Assembly (NCBI RefSeq): GCF_004010195.1
Contig: NC_057720.1
Location: 32,187,216 to 32,251,215, forward strand
Reading direction: 5' to 3'
Source of the DNA: Chiloscyllium plagiosum
Lineage: Eukaryota
Length of the DNA: 64,000 bases
Shown here: in pieces, positions 37,915 through 48,799 of the stretch
Layout of the letters: each line of letters opens with the position of its first letter
Position numbering within the stretch: the stretch's first letter is position 1
The notes under the pieces: model-generated
The model's database searches: none
What the model was told of the DNA's origin: nothing
The model's input: only the letters and a program-made list of their open reading frames with translations
Translations under genes and position numbers: made by a program

Positions 37915-38520
37915 CTCTTATTCCTGGTGCTCTGGTCAAAGGCCATGATCGGGGAGCCAGGGTCAAAATCTGGAGATGGGAAGAATCAAACCGGGCCAAA
38001 GACATAATTTAAAAGGGCATACCATTGTAAAGTGCAACTTGTGCGATAGTACTGGGTTAAGTATAAGTGCATGCCTGTGGAGTGTAAATGGGAAAGTGTA
38101 CTAACTGGTGTGATAACCAGCTGCTTGTGCTGAAACGACCAGAGGACAAGGCAGTGCCAGCCTCAAAAACCCTGCCAAAACAGGTTGTTAAGAGGGGTAA
38201 CCCTCCTCACCGCGATGGTTGAGAATTGAAGTGGGAATTGAGGTGCCTAGGGCACTAGGAGTTGTGAAGCACAAGTGGCAAAGTCAGGTAATGTTGGACT
38301 CTGTAGGGACGAACACCGCAGCGTCCAGTTAGAGCCTGGTTAAAGGTTGGGTGCTGTCTGTTATTGTGTTTTAAATTGAAGTGGTGAGGAAAAGGAGCTG
38401 ATCACTCTGACCAAGAGCCAAACTCCAGTGAAGCAGCATGTTGCCGAGGTGGGAAGCGTGGACACTGTAACCATGATACTCTGTCAGCCCGTAGTAGAAT
38501 GACAGAGCTTAAATAGTGGC

Positions 38521-38835
38521 AGTGGCCTGGAGATTAAAATGTCTGTCCAGTAGAGAGCACACTGGGCTAGAGGTAAGTTCTGGGCTTATTGGGCGGTGTT
38601 GGAACAGTAGAGGTGGCCAGGAGAGCAGAGGAGTCCCGGGAGAGAGCACACCCTATTGAGCCAATGTTCCCAGCCGACCAATAGGTACTAACTAGTGGTG
38701 GTGGCCGGGAGGGTAGAGAAGTCCCACCGGTAGAGAGCATACTTTGCTAGGAGACTGCTACGCCATACGGTGTTGGGACAGTATTAGTGGCCAGGGGGTA
38801 GAGAAGTTCCACTGGTTAAGGGCACTTTACTATTG
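38521..38835 (+). repeat. Degenerate ~90 bp tandem repeat (4 units) in the ERV leader
   Basis: GTGGCC..G(A/T)AGAG(A/G)AGTCCC..GTAGAGAGCA(C/T)AC recurs at ~38522, 38613, 38701 and 38787. Confidence 0.65.
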
Positions 38836-39170
38836 GTGGTATCCGGGGGGTACACAATCTGTGAGATGGCAGATCAGTATTTTAAAGGGGATACTGCAGG
38901 TTCCCTTATTGAGAAATACAAGACTAGCGCTGACAGAACAGATGAAGAAAGGTGGCTGGGATCCATCCGAGACATTAGTACAGCAGGGAAATTAGATTGA
39001 CAAAGAAAAACAAAATAAAACTAAAAAGATAGGGGTAATGTTAGTGTACCAATTAGCAGGCCTAATTGAACAAGTAGGTGCCTCCACTAGCAGGTGGAGA
39101 AAAGACTAAGCTGGAAATGTGTTGCTGGAAAAGCGCAGCAGGTCAGGCAGCATCCAGGGAACAGGAGAAT

Positions 39171-39199
39171 CAACGTTTCGGGCATAAGCCCTTCTTCAG
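39171..39199 (-). ncRNA. Minimal hammerhead ribozyme motif
   Basis: Reverse complement CTGAAGA-A-GGGC-TTAT-GCCC-GAAA-CGTTG. A partial inverted copy lies at 39974-39995, next to the gap. Confidence 0.7.
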
Positions 39200-39216
39200 G
39201 AATGAGGAAAGTTTGG

Positions 39217-39452
39217 CCAGCAGGCTAAGATAAAAGGTAGGGAGGAGGGACTTGGGGGAGGGGCGTCGGAAATGTGATACCAGCAGGCTAAGATAAAAGG
39301 TAGGGAGGAGGGACTTGGGGGAGGGGCTTCGGAAACCAGCAGGCTAAGATAAAAGGTAGGGAGGAGGGACTTGGGGGAGGGGCGTCGGAAACCAGCAGGC
39401 TAAGATAAAAGGTAGGGAGGAGGGACTGAGGGGAGGGGCGTCGGAAATGTGA
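39217..39452. repeat. Tandem repeat, ~56-63 bp x4
   Basis: CCAGCAGGCTAAGATAAAAGGTAGGGAGGAGGGACTTGGGGGAGGGGCGTCGGAAA repeated. Confidence 0.95.
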
Positions 39453-39638
39453 TAGGTGGAAAGAGGTCAAGGTGAGGATGATAGGTCAGACTGGGCTGGG
39501 GGGGGAGAGGTGGGGAAGAAGATTGCAGGTTAGGAAGGCGGTGCTGAATTCGATGGATTTGACTGAGACAAGGTGGGGGGAGGGGAAATGAGGAAACTGG
39601 TGAAACCCGAGTTCATCCCTTGTGGTTGGAGGATTCCT

Positions 39639-39973
39639 NNNNNNNNNNNNNNNNNNNNNNNNNNNNNNNNNNNNNNNNNNNNNNNNNNNNNNNNNNNNNN
39701 NNNNNNNNNNNNNNNNNNNNNNNNNNNNNNNNNNNNNNNNNNNNNNNNNNNNNNNNNNNNNNNNNNNNNNNNNNNNNNNNNNNNNNNNNNNNNNNNNNNN
39801 NNNNNNNNNNNNNNNNNNNNNNNNNNNNNNNNNNNNNNNNNNNNNNNNNNNNNNNNNNNNNNNNNNNNNNNNNNNNNNNNNNNNNNNNNNNNNNNNNNNN
39901 NNNNNNNNNNNNNNNNNNNNNNNNNNNNNNNNNNNNNNNNNNNNNNNNNNNNNNNNNNNNNNNNNNNNNNNNN
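39639..39973. other. Assembly gap (N run)
   Basis: Run of n. Confidence 1.
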
Positions 39974-41175
39974 GGGCTTATGCCCGAAACGTCGATTCTC
40001 CTGTTCCCTGGATGCTGCCTGACCTGCTTTGCTTTTCCAGCAACACATTTCCAACTCTGATCTCCAGCATCTGCAGACCTCACTTTCTCCTCAGAGAAAA
40101 GACTAAAAACAAATTAAGGAACTTGAGGATAGGATAAAGGAGCTAGAGCAAAGATTAGAAAAAGTACAGGAGGAAAGGGAGACTGACTCTCTCCCCTCCT
40201 ATGAAACTGTACAATAGGGACTAACTGCTCCCTCAGCAGAGCAGGAGGTGCAAGAATATAATCTAGCGCCAGTCACTAGAAGGGGGACAGAGTTGCAGCC
40301 AAAAGCAAACAATAATCCCTTTTCCCCAGGGGAAAGGCAACAGATCATGGCTTCCCTGGGCAAATTACAGCCCGAAGTGCAAACACGAGGTTCTGGTAAG
40401 AGTTGGACAGTACATGAGTAGGGCACTGACTGACATTTGAGGGATATACACCAGCTGGTCCAGACAGCGTGCCCAACGGACAAATGGAGACAGGTGGATG
40501 GTGAACCCGAAGCCACAACAGCCTGAGACTATACGGGTGGACGGTGGACACGTGCCCATTGCCCTCACAACTGAGATAGATGCCCAGCAGGCTCCCTTCG
40601 TCCATTTTAAAGAAGAGATCCAGCAGATATTAGGAAATGCTCCCACGAACTGGAGCAAAATCATGACCACTAAACAGCTTAAAGGGGAAGGAGCCTCTGA
40701 GTATGGGGAACGATTATTTAGGTTATACCAGGAGTGCTCAGGACAAGCAAACCCAGATTGTGAGGACTGGGCATTCATTCAGGCTTTTAGAGACAGGCCC
40801 TCTAGCGCCCATCAATCCATCCTGAAAATGGGAGTGATAATGTCCCAAAATTATGACAACCTGGTAGAGTAGGCTAGCGGGGTGCAGGAGGCAGAAGCTC
40901 CCGCAATAAAAATAAAACTCAACAGAACAGCCTACCGGAACAGAGGTGAAGGCAGAACCAAACTATCCTGCCACAACTGTGGCCGACAGGGACACTTTGC
41001 CAGAGACCGTCAGGCCCCACAGACAGAGAATAGGACAAGGAAGAGTGTAAAGTACTGCAGCCGCTGCAACAGAGCAGGGCATACAGAGGCAGGGTGCTGG
41101 GAAAAGCATGAGGAACCCCCAAACAACACCCAGAACACCACGTAACCGCGGGACTCCAGAGGCCAGCAGAGCTGA

Positions 41176-41500
41176 CAACCAGCTGCCCCCATTCGTAAGA
41201 GTAAGGGAGAGGGGAGAATTTATATGCCCGCAGTAGCTGGAGGTAGAAAGTGTGAGATGTTGGTAGGCACAGGAGCAGCTGTATCTATCACCAACTTACC
41301 TTTACCCCACACAAATAAAATGATCCACCTTACCGGGTAGGAGGGGATGAGACACCCACTTACTTAAGCAAGACTACCCTCGTGGAAATGAATAACATAT
41401 ATATCCCTATATATTTTATGAGTGCCAAAATAATGAAGGCACCATAATGGGTAACAATCTCATGAAGGAATACAAAGTCTTGATTGACTGTGCAAAAGGA
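41176..41500 (+). pseudogene. pro: ERV aspartic protease
   Basis: MLVGTGAAVS (DTG decayed to GTG), flap LTG(V)GG, and TIMGNNLM (ILGRD equivalent). The N-terminal part is in frame with gag. Confidence 0.8.
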
Positions 41501-44500
41501 AAATTGATCTGGCCAAAACAGGACGGTGGAAAGACAGAGATTGGGAAATTTACAAGTCACCTCAAGGCTATTAAAGTAGTTACAGCCACCAGTAGGGACT
41601 GGAACCTCAAAAAAGGGAGATTCAGAGCCATCTGCGCCTCCATCCCCGAGGCATGGGCAAAGACAAAGTTGGACACAGATTTAGTCGAGGTAGACCCTAT
41701 AACGATGCCTGGACGGGAGCATAAGCCCCACTGGCAGTACCCAATCAACCCTGAAGCAGAGAAAGCAGTCACGGAGATAGTTAAAGGACAAGTAAAACAG
41801 GGAATCCTGAGAGAAACCACAAGAACAACCAGTTCCCCAACAGGGCCAGTAATAAAGTCTAATGAGAGCTACAGACTCACCACTGACTATATGGGGCTAA
41901 ACAAGGTCACCCCCAAATTGCATCCCATTGTAGCAGACCCCTCCATAATTCTCAACGGATTGACCCCTGAACACAAGATTTTCACAGTATTAGACATGGA
42001 CAACAGACTCTGGTCCATCCCACTACATCCTGGATCCCAGAAAAAATGCGCCTTCACAGTAAGGGACAGGCAGTACATGTGGACTCGCCTGCCACAGAGG
42101 CTCCACTATTTTTCACTGAGTGATGAGCGACATCCTCAACAAAATATTTACCAGAAGGAAGCACTGCCGTACAGTACGGGGACAAAATCCTGATTGCTTC
42201 AGAATCCGAATTAGGACACCAGGAAGCTTTATACCTCATGTTGCATGAGCTGACAGCCACAGGGTTAAAAGTCAGCCTTACAAAAGCACAAATTGGACAA
42301 TCACCAGTCCTATACCTGGGACACCTTATATCTCAGGGACTCAAGGAAATGACAAGCGACCGAAAGAAAGCAATTCAGCGAATGCCACGACCTGTTATTG
42401 TAAGGGAAGTCAGAAAGGTCTTGGGGCTATTTAACTATAACCAGACCTTTATACCAGAGTTTGAAAAATTGGCTGAACCAATTCAAAAACTAATCAAAAA
42501 TGGCAAGCCCGCCTTGGAACCTGTGACCTGGACTCCAGAACAGGAAGAGGCTTACAGTGAGCTAAAAACTCGGTTAATATCGGCCCTCAGGCTAGGCTGC
42601 CAGTTCCCAGTAAAGACTTCCACATACATTGTAATAATGAGGGATGATTTTACTCATCAGTGGTCACACTGGAGCACGGTGGCAGGAGAAGACCCGTGGG
42701 GTATTACCCGACCATGGAAGGGTCAGTAGTCACCGGGCTGCCCAGATGCATAGTGGCCTTAGACTGTGCTGCTTGGGCCGTGAGGGTCAGTGAACCCATA
42801 GTAATGGCAGGAAATGTCATCCTCCACACCAAACACACCCTAGTAGAAATGTTAAACACCGGGAAGCTGAGGGCCGTCTCCAATATGAGATGGGCAAAGT
42901 GGGAGACAGTTCTCCTCCCACCAAGACAGTCCGTGGTAATAGTTAGGGATATGGGAGAAAATCCAGCCGAGGGAATTCTGGACACAGGGGAACCACACAA
43001 TTGCGGAAATATAGATGGGGATGAAGATAGGTGTAGAGTTAAGAATATCCCCCTAGACATAGCCGAGGAGACCTTCTTCATGGATGGGTCACAGAAATAT
43101 ATAGCGGGGTCACCCCGCACAGGATGGGCTGTGGTAAACAATAAACTAGAGACCGTTATGTCAGGAAGGATTGACGGAGGTCGGGTCGCACAAGTAGCAG
43201 AGATAGTAGCGCTAACTAAAGCATTTGAACTGTCAAGGGGGAGAATTGTGAACATTAATATAGACAGCCAACTTCAGAGTTGGACAAGACTACATGGTTG
43301 CATGGGGGATAAGAGAGTTCACCACTGCTGGAGGAACCCCCATCAAACATCACTGAGCGCCAGTGAACAGCCAAAAGAGGCTGCAGTAATAAAAATCAAA
43401 GCGCACCCAAAAGGAGCCAGGGAAAGATAGTCCAGGCTGGCTGAAGTTTAAAGGGAACCAAGCCGCAGGCCAAGCAGCCCAGCAAGCCTTAGAGCAGGAA
43501 ACTGTTGATGAGGTTCCAATAGCAACAATTGAACTAGCGGAAGATCCCATTCACACACAGCAGCTACAGGAGGACACCCCATAGGAAGACAGAGAGAGTT
43601 GGAAATGCAGGGAACACTTAAAGGGGAGGACAGTGTCTGAAGGCAAACAGACAAGGTGGTAGCACCAGCGTGCTTACAAAACACCTTGCTTGAGCTGCAC
43701 CACGGGCTCTCACATACAGACAGGGAAGCTATGATAGCAAGTCTAGGGAGAGTGTGGTGGTGGAAGAGAATGGGAAGAGATATTGTCAAATACTGCTGCA
43801 GATGTGTGATTTGCAGACAGCACAACCCAGGCAGACCCATAAAAATTAGGATGGGACCCCAGCCAAGGCCAAGGGGATCCTAGGAACACCTCCAAATGGA
43901 TTTCAAAGGGCCACTATCACCTTCCTGTGGGAAAACGTATTGCCTGGTCATCACAGACCAGTTCACCTGGTGGGTAGAGGTATTCCCCACCAAGAACTGT
44001 AATCGCTACCACTGTAGCCAGGATTCTAGCAGAGGAGGTAACCCCAAGGTGGGAGTATCCCTACAGACATTGCACAGGCAAATGTATGGAAACAGTATGC
44101 CAGCTACTTGGGATAAAACAAAAATTTCATATCCCCTATCACCCCCAGAGCTCAGGAATGGTCGAGAGAGTGAACAGAACCCTTAAAAATTCTTTAGCCA
44201 AGGTCATACAGACATCAGGGAGGACATGGGTGAAGTGCTGCCAGCCATATTAATAAAAATTAAGAGCCATCATGAATCAGGCAATCGATCTAACACCCGA
44301 CGAATGAATGATTGGGAGAGAAACGCAATTACCAGAGACCATTATAACAGGTGGGACCGATGTAGGAGCACTAAAAGATAAAATTTGGAGAGATCGAGCG
44401 GAATTAAGCACCCACCTAAAAGGGATATGTAAATTGGTAACTGAGAGACAAGAGCAAAAGGACAAAGCAGGGGAATTCAAACCTTCCCTGATGTCCCAGC

Positions 44501-44800
44501 AGCTGGGAACCATGGGCTCGTGTGAACTCTGCCTGACAAACCAGGCTTTGCCCCAAAATGGAATGGGCCGTACGAAGTTATAATCAGTGGTGAACACCTG
44601 CGCCTATATAGACATTAGGGGAAAAGGCACGTGGAAGCACTACACCTAACTCAAACCATATAAGGACTCCTATGAACAAACTAATATGATTGACCATCCC
44701 CCAGGCATAGACAGGAACTGTGAGCAAGACAGTGACCAAGGGGAGAGCACCGATACCACAACCGAGCAAAGCACCCAGAAACAGGGATAAAACTGCTGAC
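41501..44800 (+). pseudogene. pol: ERV pol: RT, tether, RNase H, integrase (multiple frameshifts and stops)
   Basis: RT: QYPI, VLDMDNRLWSIPL, QYMWTRLPQ, QYGDKILIAS. RNase H: FFMDGS, AQVAEIVAL, NIDS. Integrase: HHGLSH..CCRCVIC, LQMDFKGPL, YHPQSSGMVERVNRTLK. Confidence 0.95.
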
Positions 44801-44890
44801 AAGACACAGAAAACACCTACTGTTGCTGACTTCTGGGTACCATTGTAAAAAAAAAGGGACACTGATGATTAACCTCATTTAACTTTAATC

Positions 44891-46314
44891 ATGTGCATAC
44901 TCGAGTACATACTACTGTTTCTAAATGTTGTGATAGCCGAAAGCCTGTCGGGATTTAAGGATAACCTCTTTTACAAAACCCACCTAAATTTACATGAGAA
45001 CCAAACGGTCTGTTATCCACTGGTGCGATCGGTCGAATCCCTATTTGTGGCCACCCCTGTGTGGACCCCTTGTCATTTATACACAATACATAACTTGGGC
45101 GCGTCATGGAAGGGACAGCTAGGAAAATACAAACGGGGACTCCAGGTGTGTGGAATTGGTCAAGCCAACAGGCCCATGGGTTCGGGCGCCCCAACAGAGA
45201 GAGGGAAAGACCTATTTAAACATCACTGATTATCAACTCTGTTTCATGGCGCAGGGATGGGGATATGTTTATGCCCTGGTACCCAGAAACAGTTCATGCG
45301 TGCAGACACAATATACTCCCCGGCACTGTAAAATCACCCAGGGATAATTTACCTGCACCTGCATCGAGCAGGCATGCTTGTACATGACCGCAGGAAGGCA
45401 GTTTATATACAGACAGTGCAATGGCACTCATGTCAGCTCTGCCACACGGACATACCCGTTGGGGGGGAGCAAACAGGGAGTCAGAGGTGTGATGGGTAGA
45501 AAAACAGGCCCAGGAACAGGATACTGTATGCTATCGGGCAGCGAAGGGGTTCATTTTCTTATTTAAGGGGATTTATGTTACTGTCACACCAAATCTCCCG
45601 AACCATTTCACAGTAGGAATGGTAGGACCCCTCACTATACAATGCCCCAGTGGGCGACATGTTGGGAGAAGGATAGTGACCCTCTCCAACAGCCAGGAAT
45701 TCTGCGCCAATTGACAGATCCCACCATGCTGAGATCATCGTTGGGGTTTGGGTTTTTGGGATCTCTATCTTTTGGAGGGGGCAGCAGGGGTTGTCTGTGC
45801 TAAAAACTGAAACTACATTGTGTGTGGATTGACAATCTTAGGGAGCGATACATCAAAGGCTTTGAAAGCAATCAACGGTGAATTGTCTGAACTCAGACAT
45901 TATGCACAGAGGACATGTAACACAGTGGATTATCAGTTAGCCCAGCAAGGGGGAGTATGTACAATCATTTGTGACAAGTGTATAACCCCTGTCATTGATG
46001 ATTCTTACAATATTACACAGGAGATCAAAAACATTCAGAACCAGCTAGATGACTTCAGACAAGGAGCCACAGGAGGAGAGAGCTGGCGAGAATGGCTGAT
46101 AGGCAAATCCTATTTGGCACATGGGATTGTGCACCTTATTTCACTCACACTGGTATTCTGCCTAGGCCTTGGCTGCGTAAAGCTTTGCTGTAAGGTGCTA
46201 CTGACGCGGGCCGTGCCAGGAGCAAGTGTCACCACAGAAGAGCCCCAAAGAAGCTCGCACTCCTTGAACCTCTCAGGATGGGAGACCTTAGAAAAGGCTT
46301 CCCTCTATATGTGA
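44891..46314 (+). pseudogene. env: ERV env (signal peptide, SU, TM with immunosuppressive-like domain)
   Basis: MCILEYILLFLNVVIAES signal peptide. TM region ALKAINGELSELRHYAQRTCNTVDYQLAQQGGVCTIICDKC. Membrane span GIVHLISLTLVFCLGLGCV. Confidence 0.9.
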
Positions 46315-46359
46315 GTTGGGTGGTCAGCGGGAGATCTCCGAAGTCACCTCCTTGACCAC

Positions 46360-46369
46360 AAAGGGGGAG
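46360..46369 (+). promoter_or_regulatory. Polypurine tract
   Basis: AAAGGGGGAG immediately before the 3' LTR TG. Confidence 0.9.
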
Positions 46370-47022
46370 TGAAGTGGAAGTTGACGTGGGACATGCTGTC
46401 ATGGGGCACACAGACACAAGATGGCTGCTGAGTTATTACAAAGTAAGGTACAGTGAATCATACACAGATACTGCCTGAGTCCAAGAGGATACTAGCACAA
46501 AATTTACACATAACAGAGATAATTAGTTTGAGGTGGGTGGGGGAGAGAATACACACCAGTAATATCTACTGCCCACCAAAGTGTCTGAGTCCAGCCACCA
46601 CCTTCAATAGAAATGTTAACTACCTGAGACTGCTTGTATACGTGTCAATACCTTAAACTAGCAATAATGGAAAATGATCTTCCTTCTCAGGAAGAAAGAT
46701 CATGACCAATTACTGCAGCAAGGGACTTCTGCGTAGCTGCTGAAACTGACAATGACTCTGTAATATTCCTCTGAAACTGACAATGACTCTGCAATATTTT
46801 CTTAAACAAACCATGCTGCACATCAAAGACTCGATATCTGGACCATTATACCATGAAATGTATAAAATATTGTGATGTGTGTTCCAAGGATGAGAGAAGG
46901 CTGGCAGCTGACAGCCAAGTTACTGGACATCTGTCTCTCCCCGGAGCTCTGGTTTCTTTGTACAATAAACTCTGTCATTGAATCCCAATTCTGACTCTGA
47001 GACTGGTGATTTTCTCCACACA
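46370..47022 (+). repeat. ERV 3' LTR
   Basis: TGAAGTGG...CTCCACACA, with TATAAAA at 46861 and AATAAA at 46964. Confidence 0.95.
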
Positions 47023-47592
47023 GTAGTGAGGTTATAGTAACATGGTCAACAGTGGTTTGCCAGACACATCAAGTACATCTTCTTGCCATACCCAATCTTG
47101 TGTTACAATTGTGCTGTTTGCTGCATTCCACTGCAGTATGGGGCCCTAACATTCAAAGCCACCTCCATTCATCTGCCTAATGTTGCTCTTTCGGATTACT
47201 TTATTCATGTCACCATTGCTTACTCTGTCTGATCTTTGGCAGGAGAAATTACAATCCTGCACTTGTACAACTTGACATCATTCATACAACATATCATGAG
47301 GTGTTGCTGATCTTAAATTGGGGCACCTGAAGAAGGAAATGAAAAAATACCAAGCAGATACTAAGCACTTCTTAAAATTCAGCTTTAAGTTATTCTGGAA
47401 AGAGAAACAAATGTCACCTTGTTTCCAGAAATGCATCATTGTTCTTCAGCCTTTCGAAGTTTCAAATCACTGGTCAATATGCTAACCTGTTTGCAGGTTC
47501 CAAATATTTTATATTGCCTTGTACTAAAGAGCGTTATGAACATGCCTGAGAATCTACATTGCAACTGATTTTGTTTCGCATTTTATTTCAAG

Positions 47593-47697
47593 AACATGTT
47601 AATACAAGCTGTCCAAACCTCCCGTGAGACAGAAAGAATAAGCCCTTCAGATAGAATATCTTGGAGGCTCTCTCATGCCCAAACAGATCCTCCTGAT
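47593..47697 (+). CDS. Weak candidate host exon (NMLIQAVQTSRETERISPSDRISWRLSHAQTDPPD)
   Basis: Acceptor ttttatttcaAG, weak donor GTACAA, phase 0 to 0. Confidence 0.2.
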
Positions 47698-48799
47698 GTA
47701 CAATTATGTTCCACTAGATGACGTAGGCTCAAATGCAAACAACAAGTTGAATTTAGGTTTGGAAAATGCAAGAGAAAAAGAAAGAAAGAGCTGTATTTTT
47801 AACATCCAAAAGCACCAACCCAATATTTAAAAGAGTTTCCTTGGAATGTAATGGTGTTGACATTGAAATGAAAGGTTAAAGATACACAAATTTTAACTTT
47901 GTTCAAAATTAAATCAGTTATATACATTGTGTAGCTTTGTTTAAATACAAGTATTTGAGAACTCTTCAGACAATTTGTCTTTCCAGACAGGCCCCCTCCT
48001 GAGAGTTTTCTGCAGGGAGCAAATGTTGAGCATATGGCTTAATGACTCCAAGAGGGAGTGATGTATCAACATATCAACTATTGGCCACTGTAGCATGGAT
48101 TGATAACAATGTCCATTTTATTGAGTTGACACCAGGTAGACAAATAAAATAGGAAACCAAAGAAATAAAATGCCAAAATGGCAAATCATTTCCCACTTAA
48201 TCCTATTACATTAAAATCTTGATAGATGAATAATAGGTTTGTCAAGACATGTTATATTTGAATTGCCCTTGGATCACGATTTATAGTAAAACAGGAATAA
48301 ACAGAGCCAATTGGCACCTCTTTATGGTATAACACAGTGAGCCATTCATTCAGAAATTCAATCCAAAATAATTGAAATGCTAAACAGTACAGACTATACA
48401 CAAACCTGACTAGACTTCCACTAATCCAGAATCTGGTTTCCAGCATCTGCAGTCATTGTTTTTACCCCTTTTAAAACATGCCGCTGCATCCTGCCTTGAT
48501 TTGGTAGAAAATTGGACATACTAGATATTCTGCAGTAATTTGTGTTTATATAATACACTTTAATGTAATAAAAGCTGCGGGGCCTGCTGAGCTTTTCCAG
48601 CGATATCAAAGAAGATCAGTTTTAAGGCACTTGTTAAAGAAAGAAAATGTGTGGTGGAAAGGTAGAGAAGTTCTGGGAGGTAATTTTCAGAGATTACGAT
48701 CTCTGTATATGAGTGATTAAAATCTATATATAACATCCTGTCATTCTACTTACCATCTAACTAATCTCACTGATAATTCAAGCCAAAGTTTAAAAAATG

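Larger units (their letters stand above)
39110..40093. mobile_element. Penelope-like element inserted in gag, inverted pLTR ends
   Basis: 13 bp TSD GAGAAAAGACTAA (39097-39109 and 40094-40106). Minus strand GILQPQGMNSGFTSF resembles a PLE ORF end. The ends are inverted copies. Confidence 0.85.
38866..41175 (+). pseudogene. gag: ERV gag (disrupted, split by a Penelope-like insertion)
   Basis: MHR-like KQLKGEGASEYGERLFRLY. Two zinc knuckles, CHNCGRQGHFARD(R) and CSRCNRAGHTEAGC. The start codon is approximate. Confidence 0.8.
37179..47022 (+). mobile_element. Full-length endogenous retrovirus provirus (decayed)
   Basis: LTR-PBS-gag-pro-pol-env-PPT-LTR with TG...CA ends and a 4 bp TSD GTAG (37175-37178 and 47023-47026). 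Confidence 0.95.

Noticed and set aside
39217..39452. Regular direct repeats resembling a CRISPR array
   Set aside because: No unique spacers, no cas genes and a eukaryotic context. It is a tandem expansion inside a Penelope-like element.
39530..40137. Long ORFs in the supplied track
   Set aside because: Artefacts of translating through the N gap (the same applies to 10903-11100).
37179..47022. Replication-competent virus, or lokiretrovirus
   Set aside because: Stops, frameshifts and mutated catalytic residues throughout. Env has a gamma-type immunosuppressive-like domain rather than a paramyxovirus-like fusion protein.
47987..48135. Exon-like segment with good acceptor and donor
   Set aside because: Stops in all three frames, so at best non-coding or pseudo-exonic.
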